Shown: piece by piece, positions 45,486 to 53,569 of the stretch | Layout of the letters: every line of letters begins with the position of its first letter | How positions within the stretch are numbered: position 1 is the first letter of the stretch | IMG/VR virus record: IMGVR_UViG_3300020450_000008 | From: a virus | Taxonomy: Duplodnaviria; Caudoviricetes | Direction: 5' to 3' (one strand) | DNA length: 64,000 nucleotides | The notes under the pieces: model-generated | The model's database searches: none | What the model was told of the DNA's origin: nothing | The model's input: the letters and a program-made list of their open reading frames with translations, nothing else | Translations under genes and position numbers: made by a program

Positions 45486-45822
45486 AAGAGTCCGCAATCT
45501 TTCTGATAGAGAAAGAGATATTTTAGTAACTGACTTACAAAAAACTATCGATATTGATTATAAATTTAATGAAAAAAATTCTATAGAAGAACTACAAAAA
45601 CATATAGATAAAACGTATGACAGTCATTATTCAAAGGAAAAATTTCAAGCAGCAGAGTTCATTATAGACGGCGGTCATGGAACTGGTTTCTGTATCGGCA
45701 ATATACTTAAGTATGCTCAAAGATATGGAAAGAAAGGTTCTAGAGAAGATGCTCGAAAAGATCTTTTGAAAGTGCTACATTATGCAATAATACAATTACA
45801 CGTTCATGATCAAGAATTATAG
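45454..45822 (+). CDS. DUF3310-family protein
   Basis: HY...GFCIGNILKYAQRYGKKG...DLLK..HY. Confidence 0.7.
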   Translation: MMTDYELKLDKRVRNLSDRERDILVTDLQKTIDIDYKFNEKNSIEELQKHIDKTYDSHYSKEKFQAAEFIIDGGHGTGFCIGNILKYAQRYGKKGSREDARKDLLKVLHYAIIQLHVHDQEL

Positions 45823-45830
45823 GAGATAAC

Positions 45831-46187
45831 ATGACAGAATTTAAGAACGGTGCAAGAAAATACGTATCACCAATGTATACACCAGTTATTGGTCCAATAA
45901 AAACTGGTTATGACGCTTACACAACACTACTTTCAGTAGAAAAGTCGCCACTTCGAAAAATGCCACCGATGGTTGGACATCTTGTATTCACAGTTTTAGC
46001 GTGGATGTGGAGTGGAATATTTGGACTTTACATGGGAAGTTACATGATATGGGGAGTAAGTGCGGTAGGTCACATGCTTTTAATATCAGGAGCTTTTATA
46101 ACCTGGCTTATATGGCAACAAGCCGATAGAGGAAATAGTGAAAAAGGATTCTACAACGGCAGAGGTGCTGGTGGAGAACATGAATAA
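45831..46187 (+). CDS. Membrane protein
   Basis: Two TM segments; AGGAG RBS. Confidence 0.6.
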   Translation: MTEFKNGARKYVSPMYTPVIGPIKTGYDAYTTLLSVEKSPLRKMPPMVGHLVFTVLAWMWSGIFGLYMGSYMIWGVSAVGHMLLISGAFITWLIWQQADRGNSEKGFYNGRGAGGEHE

Positions 46188-46195
46188 AAAAAACG

Positions 46196-46224
46196 TTTAC
46201 ATTGTTTAAAAAATATGGTATAAT
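46196..46224 (+). promoter_or_regulatory. Promoter TTTACA-N17-TATAAT driving the RNA cluster
   Basis: Exact motif immediately upstream of the tmRNA acceptor piece. Confidence 0.7.
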
Positions 46225-46230
46225 AAATAT

Positions 46231-46600
46231 ATTATTCGAACGGTGAAGCTGAGTTAAAGTAGACTGGACTCGGGGGCGGTACCCGACGGCTCCACCAAGA
46301 ATACTGGCCCATAAGTAGCCTTCGTAGCGTCATCCGGATGCCACCATTAAGTAGGTGGTTAGCAGTCAGACGACAAAGACAGTAAGATGTCTTAGGGTTT
46401 TAGAACGTGGCTTGGTTCTCCAGTATTCTTGATGGGGCCGAAATAGGATCGACAGATATGGAGATAACGTGGAGTTCGACGGTTAATCGCGTCAAAGATT
46501 AAATAAACTAAACGCAAACGATGATTTTGCACCTGTGGATTACGCCCTAGCGGCCTAATCGCACCGAGCCAGGAGGAGCTTGGGAACAGAATCCTCCACG
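46231..46600 (+). ncRNA. ssrA: Circularly permuted (two-piece) tmRNA
   Basis: Acceptor piece ends ...gggggcggtacccgacggctccacca (CCA at 46295-46297). Coding piece starts ggggccgaaataggatcgac at 46434. Tag frame 46514-46558 encodes ANDDFAPVDYALAA*. Outer ends approximate. Confidence 0.92.
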
Positions 46601-46623
46601 GAATTTGGTCGACGGACCGAATA

Positions 46624-46807
46624 GTGTAGTGCAAGGAAACGCGTCTTACCAAGAGGCGTAACTTGATTGCTCAGGCGTGGTAGCCAGGTTCAAGGCCTAG
46701 CGGCTAAGAATCACATCACCATACCAGGTGGGAGTAAGTTCTGGGAGTTATGAGAGATGGTATCTTGAGCGACCCAGTTGGAGGTATACCCACAGTCCTC
46801 CCTACAC
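46624..46807 (+). ncRNA. Candidate structured ncRNA 1
   Basis: GC-richer intergenic segment closed by gtgtag/ctacac, with internal stems ctggg/cccag, ggagg/cctcc, cacc/ggtg, ggc-gtggta-gcc. Confidence 0.5.
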
Positions 46808-46813
46808 AGTAAG

Positions 46814-46945
46814 AACGATGCCTATGCTAATCTTTTAAAGTTTAAAGATTGGAGTTAATAGGTTCGGTTGAAAAAAATCGGTAAGATCGTTGGGGTGATG
46901 CCCTAATACATCCGCGGGAAGCCTATGGTTAGCTTCCCATCTTTA
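46814..46945 (+). ncRNA. Candidate structured ncRNA 2 with terminal hairpin
   Basis: aacgat/atcgtt closing stem, cctat/atagg and aatcttt/aaagatt stems, ggg-gtgatg-ccc, then gggaagc/gcttccc hairpin plus U-rich tail. Confidence 0.4.
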
Positions 46946-46984
46946 TTTGAGTGATATATATTATTAATTTACTGGGAGATTATA

Positions 46985-47197
46985 ATGGCAAAGATTGGTG
47001 ACGATATTAAAGAAGCAATGATAGCACACGCAAAAGGTCATATCGAAAAGCACAAAATGAATGTAAAGATTTATTTTCGAAATGCTGCAGGTATTGGTGG
47101 AGAAAAACATCCAGATGTTTTAGAAGCCATAGAACAAGAATTAGATATAGTTGCAAAGTACGATGATCAGATTGAGATGCTTAAAAAATATTTTTAA
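46985..47197 (+). CDS. Conserved hypothetical protein
   Basis: AHAKGHIEKHKMNV..Y...AAGIGGEKHPDVLEAIE.EL..VA.YDDQ; GGAG RBS. Confidence 0.65.
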   Translation: MAKIGDDIKEAMIAHAKGHIEKHKMNVKIYFRNAAGIGGEKHPDVLEAIEQELDIVAKYDDQIEMLKKYF

Positions 47198-47200
47198 CTG

Positions 47201-48016
47201 ATGCGTGTACATAGAGCAGGATTGAAAGATAAGGAATGGGAAATTGATAGAATTACAAAAAAGATAGGAGCCTTCTATACTGAATCTAATTGGAGAAAAC
47301 AAGAAGAGATAACCTTTACCAAACCTCGTGCATTTAAAGAAACATTTAAAAATTTTTTATTCTATGATGTAATAATTTTAGCAGATCAACAACATGTTAA
47401 TCATTGGAAGGCATGTAAGTATGCTTTTGACTATTATTGTTCAATAGATAGAGATGTTGAGATAGTAACTTATGAAGAATACGGTTTAAATTTTCATCAG
47501 TTTTGCAAATTTGTAAATTATACTATCAAAGATATTATGAGAGAAGATGCTAATGTATTTAGATATATGGGAGCCAAATACAAACATTATTTTGTACGGC
47601 CTTTAAAAAATAAAGAAGTACAAAAAACTGATACTGTTGTTTATTCTCTCATGGATTCTGCCTTTCTTTCTAGAGAAATCAATTCCGTAGAAAAACAAGT
47701 GCAGTTAGCTTTTAGAGGAATGGAGCCTGAACATCATCAAATATTTAGAGAAGCACTTAAAAATACTAATTGGGTTGATCTTGGAGATAGTAGAAGATTA
47801 GATGATGGTCCAAGTTTATTAGATAAATTAGAACTTATAAGAAGATCTAATTTTTATATTGGAACAGCATGCAGTTGGTCGCAATGGGCTCGAAATGTTG
47901 ACACAAAAGTTTACATAATTTATAATAGACGCCCGAGAGATCATAATCACGATATGCGTAATTTAGATACTAAAGATAAGTATCTTATTCTAGGTGAGTT
48001 AATGACGACATCATAA
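47201..48016 (+). CDS. Putative GT-B glycosyltransferase-like protein
   Basis: C-terminal LLDKLELIRRSNFYIGTACSWSQWA resembles GT9/GT11-type acceptor motif; weak. Confidence 0.35.
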   Translation: MRVHRAGLKDKEWEIDRITKKIGAFYTESNWRKQEEITFTKPRAFKETFKNFLFYDVIILADQQHVNHWKACKYAFDYYCSIDRDVEIVTYEEYGLNFHQFCKFVNYTIKDIMREDANVFRYMGAKYKHYFVRPLKNKEVQKTDTVVYSLMDSAFLSREINSVEKQVQLAFRGMEPEHHQIFREALKNTNWVDLGDSRRLDDGPSLLDKLELIRRSNFYIGTACSWSQWARNVDTKVYIIYNRRPRDHNHDMRNLDTKDKYLILGELMTTS

Positions 48017-48024
48017 TATAAATA
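48017..48024 (+). promoter_or_regulatory. T4-type late promoter TATAAATA
   Basis: Exact consensus just before the HesB gene. Confidence 0.5.
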
Positions 48025-48029
48025 TTAAT

Positions 48030-48323
48030 ATGTTTAAGTTACCAATACAGCTTACTGAAGCTGCAGAAGAATATTTAAAAGATATTGGAGACCCAAACGT
48101 TTCTCTAACAGTAAAGGGCGGGGGATGCGCTGGATTTCAATATGTCTGGGGTACAACAGACAAAGAACCCAAAGTAGCAAACTTGTGGGTTGATCCAATG
48201 GCAGAAATGTTTGTCTTTGGTTGTACAGTTGATTATGTAAAAGAAATAGGAGGATCTTACTTGAAAATTATTAATCCAAATGCAAAAGCATCATGTGGTT
48301 GTGGGGAGAGTTTCGGTGTTTGA
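48030..48323 (+). CDS. A-type Fe-S carrier (HesB/IscA/ErpA family)
   Basis: VKGGGCAGFQY, VDY......F.I.NPNAKASCGCGESF. Confidence 0.92.
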   Translation: MFKLPIQLTEAAEEYLKDIGDPNVSLTVKGGGCAGFQYVWGTTDKEPKVANLWVDPMAEMFVFGCTVDYVKEIGGSYLKIINPNAKASCGCGESFGV

Positions 48324-48513
48324 TTTTAAATTTAAAGCTGAAATGTTCTACAAGACTAAAGGACACTTAAACGCGTCAAAAGAAACTATTGAAGGAATGT
48401 TTGATAGTTATTTTAAAAGAGCTTGGGGTAATCATGAATGGGGTGCTGAATATAGAACTGAAGGGTTTGAAGAAGCTTGGAAAAAATACAATGAATATGT
48501 GGCAATAAAATAA
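48316..48513 (+). CDS. Hypothetical protein
   Basis: FDSYFKRAWGNHE; GTG start at 48316 assumed. Confidence 0.5.
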   Translation: MFDFKFKAEMFYKTKGHLNASKETIEGMFDSYFKRAWGNHEWGAEYRTEGFEEAWKKYNEYVAIK

Positions 48514-48575
48514 AGACCTATACAAAAAATATTTTTTACGGGGATATTGATGAATGTATTCGGGTAAAACAATCT

Positions 48576-48977
48576 ATGGCAGAAAATATACTTACTATTC
48601 GATCCATAGAACATCCGCTTATTCCTAAGATATATGCCGCCGATAACACTTGGTATGAAATGGAATACGTTGATGGAGAATCGGTTGGTAATATAATTAA
48701 TAGTGTCGGCTATAAAGAAAGAATAGAATTAACATTTAAACTTATTAGTGAAATATCTAGTTTGATAAGTGTGATGTTTAAACTTAAAAATGAATCTCTT
48801 CCATATCATATGTTTATTGGTAAAGATATGAGAAACTATCATAATTATATGATAGATAAAGATGGAAGAATTTTGTGTATTGATTTTGATACTTGGAGGT
48901 GGTATCCCGATAAAGAAGCTATATGGAATGCTCGCAATGCTCATTCATTTATAATTGAGAAGCTTCTTATTTCATAG
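48576..48977 (+). CDS. Protein-kinase-like/phosphotransferase fold protein
   Basis: IPKIY, YEMEYVDG, D...HNYMID..G..LCIDFD; the reading frame is open about 27 codons upstream without an ATG. Confidence 0.55.
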   Translation: MAENILTIRSIEHPLIPKIYAADNTWYEMEYVDGESVGNIINSVGYKERIELTFKLISEISSLISVMFKLKNESLPYHMFIGKDMRNYHNYMIDKDGRILCIDFDTWRWYPDKEAIWNARNAHSFIIEKLLIS

Positions 48978-49335
48978 CGTCATTTAAAGAATCTAAAACA
49001 CTATCAATATTTGGTTCTTGTCCATCAGGATCATATTTACATTGATATGTTACAGGACATTGTCCTTCAACTACTAATTGATACGTATCATTAGCACCTT
49101 TATATAAACAAACTTGTTGTCCATTTTTAGCAGTTTTTCTTTTGTATCTTCGGCAAGTAATGTACTTTGGATCTTCTCTCTTACCTAAACGTTTTTCCTG
49201 CTCCCAAGTCCAATCACTAAACTTCTTGAGAAAACAAGTAAAACATTGTTTGATATTATCTGGTTGTTTTCTTTCCTCTGATGATGTGGGCGTTGCTATT
49301 AATACTAGAAAGAAAACTAATAAGACTCTAAACAT
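48967..49335 (-). CDS. Secreted/membrane-anchored Cys-rich hypothetical protein
   Basis: Signal-like N-terminus; CFTC, TCRR, VCLY, QCPVTYQC. Confidence 0.6.
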   Translation of the reverse strand: MFRVLLVFFLVLIATPTSSEERKQPDNIKQCFTCFLKKFSDWTWEQEKRLGKREDPKYITCRRYKRKTAKNGQQVCLYKGANDTYQLVVEGQCPVTYQCKYDPDGQEPNIDSVLDSLNDAMK

Positions 49336-49810
49336 AACCTCTCGTCACAAGGTAAAGATAAAACATCCACCCGACGAATCCCACAATAATCGTTACTAAA
49401 AAAACAATTGCAATCCACTCAAAAACTTTTCTTCTTCTTTCTTCTTGGTCATATATTGCTTTTTGTCTTTTCTTTCTAATCTCACCTTCAGTTCTTAGTA
49501 GTTCTTCCCATGCACCCATGCCTCTTGTAAACATAATCATCTTTTTAAGTTCTTCACGCATGTCTTCAGCTTTCTTTTTAGCCATAAGCGTTTGCAAAGC
49601 CTCCTCTTCTACAGATCCTGCAGCAAAAAGTTTTTTAAATAATGGTGGTTTCTGACTTAGCTCTTCTGCTTTTTTAATGTCACTCACTGCTCCCATCCAT
49701 CTACCAAGGTCACCAGCCATGCCTTCAATATCACGACCTAACTGGAATCCTTTTTTGATAGTTGTAAATGCAGCTGAAGCAGTAGCTAATGCTGTTACTG
49801 GATCTATCAT
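49328..49810 (-). CDS. Conserved hypothetical membrane protein
   Basis: MIDPVTALATASAAF..IKKG N-terminus, coiled coil, C-terminal TM; AGGAG RBS. Confidence 0.65.
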   Translation of the reverse strand: MIDPVTALATASAAFTTIKKGFQLGRDIEGMAGDLGRWMGAVSDIKKAEELSQKPPLFKKLFAAGSVEEEALQTLMAKKKAEDMREELKKMIMFTRGMGAWEELLRTEGEIRKKRQKAIYDQEERRRKVFEWIAIVFLVTIIVGFVGWMFYLYLVTRGYV

Positions 49811-49874
49811 GTTTACTCCTACTTTATCTTCCCATAATGCAACTCAAAGGAGTAATAATAAATATCAACAGAAC

Positions 49875-49882
49875 TATTTATA
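49875..49882 (-). promoter_or_regulatory. Late promoter TATAAATA on the minus strand
   Basis: tatttata on +, upstream of the two minus-strand genes. Confidence 0.55.
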
Positions 49883-49886
49883 AAAG

Positions 49887-49915
49887 TTTACAAATCAACT
49901 CAAATGGTTTATAAT
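49887..49915 (+). promoter_or_regulatory. Early/middle promoter TTTACA-N17-TATAAT
   Basis: Exact motif heading the 49921-58967 operon. Confidence 0.7.
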
Positions 49916-49920
49916 ATAAT

Positions 49921-50475
49921 ATGAAAACTATTTTAATAGACTGTGATGGTGTCATACTGGATTGGGAAGGTGCTTTCCATGAATACATGAAATCTATGGG
50001 ATATGAAAGATCTGGAACTGAAGGATACGTAGAAGAACAATATAATAAAGAGAGATCTGAAGTAATACAATACATACATGATGTAAATCATTCAGATAAA
50101 ATTAAAAATTTAAATCCAATAAAAGATTCGATTCACTATATGAAACTACTAAAAAGCATTGGATATAATTTTATTTGTATAACAAGTATAAGTAGAAATG
50201 AATCAGTTAAAAAAAATAGAATGGAAAATTTTGATAGATTGCTCGGAAAAGATTTTTTTGATGAAGTAATATTTTTAAATACGGCAGAGAAAAAAGATGA
50301 CGTATTAAAAAAATACAAAGATAGTAATTATTGGTGGATAGAAAATAATTGGAAAAATGCGCAAACAGGAGCAAGATTAGGATTACGATCTATTTTAATT
50401 ACACAAGAGAAAAGAAGAGACGTAATATGTCTTAAAGATTGGACTAACATATATTTGGAGATACTCTTATCATGA
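49921..50475 (+). CDS. HAD-family 5'(3')-deoxyribonucleotidase-like protein
   Basis: IDCDGVILDW, CITS, KKD, WWIEN..KNA..G..LGL (usual DD motif altered). Confidence 0.7.
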   Translation: MKTILIDCDGVILDWEGAFHEYMKSMGYERSGTEGYVEEQYNKERSEVIQYIHDVNHSDKIKNLNPIKDSIHYMKLLKSIGYNFICITSISRNESVKKNRMENFDRLLGKDFFDEVIFLNTAEKKDDVLKKYKDSNYWWIENNWKNAQTGARLGLRSILITQEKRRDVICLKDWTNIYLEILLS

Positions 50476-51476
50476 GTAATTTTATAGAACTAGATTTTTT
50501 AGAAAAATATGATTTAGTGGCTGAAATGAAGAGAATGGAAGACATTCTTGACTGGGGAAACACTGAGCAAATATGCATCAACACAATAAAAGAGAAACCA
50601 GATGACCATCAGTTTGGAACAGGAAGTCTTTACATTGATTGGAAAAAAACAGAATCTGGAAATATGGAATGGGTTTTAAAAGATAATCCACCATCAGAAA
50701 GTGATTTCACTGAAACAGTTACTATGTTTAAAGAAACTCTTTTCGATAAGATACTTCAAGATTTAAAAAAATATTATGACATTGGTAGAGTTAGACTTAT
50801 GAGATCATCTCCAAAGACTACTCTTACTTGGCACACAGATGATACAATAAGACTTCACTATCCTTTAGATACCTATGAAGGTTGTTTCATGGTAATTGGA
50901 AAAGAAATACAGCATCTTAAAGCTGGAAAGTGGTATGAAACTAATACGCTTGTTCAACATACGGCATTTAACGCTAGTCAAAATAAAAGAACACACTTAG
51001 TTGTAAATGTTGTAAAAAAGAAAATACCAAACAAAATAGTTATGAATGGACATGAAGGTATGTTAGGAAAAGTAATTTACAAAAATTTTCCATGTGATCA
51101 AATACGCTCTTCAACAGATAAAATAGTTGAGCAAGTAAAAGATTACGATATTTTCATAAATAATGTTTACTCAAAAGAAATGCAATACGAATTGATGAAA
51201 AAAGTATGGGAAGTTTGGAAGTATAATTCTAAAAAAAGAATAATAAACATTGGAAGTCGTGCCAAAGATTTTATAAAAGATGAGTATGGATTTCATAAAA
51301 ATGTTTTAAGTAATTTTACAAAGCACGCTAATTTCAATGGATCATGTAGAGTGAGTTGTATAAATTTTGGTTATCTTGATGAACTTACTGAAGATGAAAT
51401 TATAGATACATTAACATACGTTTTAAGTAGTAAAATAAACATAGAAGAAGTGACGGCGTTTTCAACAAATGAATAA
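50472..51476 (+). CDS. Fusion: Asp/Asn-beta-hydroxylase-like 2OG-Fe(II) oxygenase plus short-chain dehydrogenase-like domain
   Basis: RVRLM....TTLTWHTD..RLH.PL ... HTAFN (HxD...H); then NGHEGMLGK, DIFINN, IINIGS, YGFHK. Confidence 0.6.
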   Translation: MSNFIELDFLEKYDLVAEMKRMEDILDWGNTEQICINTIKEKPDDHQFGTGSLYIDWKKTESGNMEWVLKDNPPSESDFTETVTMFKETLFDKILQDLKKYYDIGRVRLMRSSPKTTLTWHTDDTIRLHYPLDTYEGCFMVIGKEIQHLKAGKWYETNTLVQHTAFNASQNKRTHLVVNVVKKKIPNKIVMNGHEGMLGKVIYKNFPCDQIRSSTDKIVEQVKDYDIFINNVYSKEMQYELMKKVWEVWKYNSKKRIINIGSRAKDFIKDEYGFHKNVLSNFTKHANFNGSCRVSCINFGYLDELTEDEIIDTLTYVLSSKINIEEVTAFSTNE

Positions 51477-52158
51477 TATAATAACTATCAAATGGGGCAC
51501 TAAATATGGCCCTGAATATCCAAATAGACTTTATGAAGAATGCAAACAAAAATGTTCTTTTCACTTTAATTTTTATTGTGTAACAGATAATCCTGAAGGA
51601 TTAAATGAAGATATAATATCTTTAGAAATGCCTAAACACAGTAATTTAAATTATAATGATTATATAGAAGATCATCTAAATTATAAAACGCAAATGTGGG
51701 ATAGACCTAAACTTTATCTCTTTTCTGACTTTGATTTTAGAGGAACAAATATATTTTTAGATCTAGACTCAGTAATAAATGAAGATATATCATATTTGAC
51801 AACTTTACCAAATGACAAACCGTGGTGTATAGACATGTGGTGGAAAGTAGGTTACAAAGAAAATTGGGATAAATTATGGGGAACTAGAGCAAACACAAGT
51901 GTGATGGTATGGAAAAATGATCAATGTAAAGAGATAACAGAAAGAATACTATCAAATCCAGAGCTTTTTGATAAGTATGCTACGATAGATTGCTTTATAG
52001 GTTATGAAATGCTTGATTACGAAAACTATCAAAAATCATTTTTTAATTTTATACCACCATTTGTTTATATACTTGGAAAGGAATATCAAGCCGGATATAA
52101 AATATCGTTATTTAGTAACAGTAAAATGGGAAGGCACACTGACGAACCTGGAATATGA
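51469..52158 (+). CDS. GT-A glycosyltransferase-like protein
   Basis: IITIKWGTKYGPEY.NRLY, FLDLD (DxD), NTSVMVW. Confidence 0.7.
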   Translation: MNNIITIKWGTKYGPEYPNRLYEECKQKCSFHFNFYCVTDNPEGLNEDIISLEMPKHSNLNYNDYIEDHLNYKTQMWDRPKLYLFSDFDFRGTNIFLDLDSVINEDISYLTTLPNDKPWCIDMWWKVGYKENWDKLWGTRANTSVMVWKNDQCKEITERILSNPELFDKYATIDCFIGYEMLDYENYQKSFFNFIPPFVYILGKEYQAGYKISLFSNSKMGRHTDEPGI

Positions 52159-52691
52159 TTATAGAAGTTATTGAAGATAGACATTTTAAGATGTTAGAAT
52201 ATTTTTGTCAAAGGTGTAAAATACTAGGATTTGAAAATAATTCTAGTTTTGAAGCCATGAAACTTTTATGGTGCAAAAGTTGGGGAGAATACTGGTGTGC
52301 TATTGATGATAATGAAATAGTTGCAGTTGGTGGGTGCCATCCTTTACCTGAAGTATCTCCAACAGCTTGGAGAATATTATTTAGAGGTTGTGAACTTCCA
52401 AATAAATACACGTTTAAAGGTCTAGGTAAAGGAGATTGGAATAGTATAACTCAAAGAGAATTCATTCCGCTTATGATAAAATACTGCCCATCTTCTGAAA
52501 TCTTTTTAACAACACACAGAGGTGGTGTACATGAAAAGAACCATAAACTCATGACATTACTTTCTAAACAAAAGAATCCTTATTTAGTATATCATACGAC
52601 AATGGAATTATATAATACTGAACAGACAATATGGAGAGTAAAAGTTCCTACATATTTTGAAAGAAGAGGAAAACTAAAAAATGTTAGATAA
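52155..52691 (+). CDS. GNAT-like acyltransferase
   Basis: YWCAIDDNEIVAVGGC...WRILFRG; weak. Confidence 0.4.
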   Translation: MIIEVIEDRHFKMLEYFCQRCKILGFENNSSFEAMKLLWCKSWGEYWCAIDDNEIVAVGGCHPLPEVSPTAWRILFRGCELPNKYTFKGLGKGDWNSITQREFIPLMIKYCPSSEIFLTTHRGGVHEKNHKLMTLLSKQKNPYLVYHTTMELYNTEQTIWRVKVPTYFERRGKLKNVR

Positions 52692-53565
52692 ATTAACAGC
52701 TTGGCATAATGGTGAGTATAAACCACTTGGAAATGTAAAGATTAGTCCACTTGATTTTGGGTTTATACATTCGGATGCAACATATGATGTTATAAGAGTT
52801 AATGAAAGAAAAATATTATTTTGGCAGTATCATGTAGAAAGATATCACAAAGCTTGTCATTATTATGGATTCGATCAAATAGATTACGAAGATATTTTAG
52901 AAATATCATCTAATTTAATTATTAAAAATAATTTAAAAAATGCATTTATATGGATATGTAATTGGAGAGGAACACCAGAAAGTGGTAGTCCTAGAGATAT
53001 TTGTAATGCGCCCCAGCATCAATTGATTTATGTAAAGCCGTATTATCCCATTAACGACAACAAACCTATTAGCTTGATATCTTGGTACGAGAATAAAAGA
53101 TCCGATGCTGCATATCCACAAATATATAAAAACTTTTCATGGATAGAATTTACGCGTGCACAATTAGACGTGCAACAAAAAGCACAAGTTGATTCAGCTG
53201 TATTACTAAGTCCGGAAGGTTACATAACTGAAGGTCCTGGTTTTGGAGTTTGTTTTGTAAAAGATAATAAAGTAATAACACCTAAGAGAAATGTTTTAAA
53301 AAGTGTTACTATTGATATAGTTGGAAACTTATGTAAAGATTTAAATGGTGAGTTTGAAAGAAAAGATATAACATTAGAAGAAGCTCATTCAGCTGATGAA
53401 TGTTTTATATGTAGTACAAGTGGAGGTATAACACCAGTAAATAAATTTGATCATGTTTGGTTAAAACATAAATTAACTATTATTCTCATGAGAGAATTTG
53501 CTGAGTTTATAAAAGGTGGATATAAGCAAGCCCACGGTTATTATCATCTTATTAAAGAAAGGTAA
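52681..53565 (+). CDS. PLP-dependent aminotransferase class IV (IlvE/Dat/PabC family)
   Basis: ISPLDFGF..SDATYD, H.ER, YKNFSW, YITEGPGF, LKSVT, DECFICSTSGGITPV. Confidence 0.88.
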   Translation: MLDKLTAWHNGEYKPLGNVKISPLDFGFIHSDATYDVIRVNERKILFWQYHVERYHKACHYYGFDQIDYEDILEISSNLIIKNNLKNAFIWICNWRGTPESGSPRDICNAPQHQLIYVKPYYPINDNKPISLISWYENKRSDAAYPQIYKNFSWIEFTRAQLDVQQKAQVDSAVLLSPEGYITEGPGFGVCFVKDNKVITPKRNVLKSVTIDIVGNLCKDLNGEFERKDITLEEAHSADECFICSTSGGITPVNKFDHVWLKHKLTIILMREFAEFIKGGYKQAHGYYHLIKER

Positions 53566-53569
53566 GTAA

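Noticed and set aside
46298-46433. Group I intron or known small ribozyme in the tmRNA
   Set aside because: Too short for a group I core, and no hammerhead CUGAUGA/GAAA, twister or pistol consensus recognised; kept only as an unknown structured segment.
46392-46652. 86-aa minus-strand ORF
   Set aside because: Lies antisense to the tmRNA; the RNA explains the sequence.
46600-46945. Possible tRNA genes in the GC-rich intergenic region
   Set aside because: No cloverleaf with a T-loop TTCRA and matching acceptor stem found by eye; treated as unknown structured RNA.
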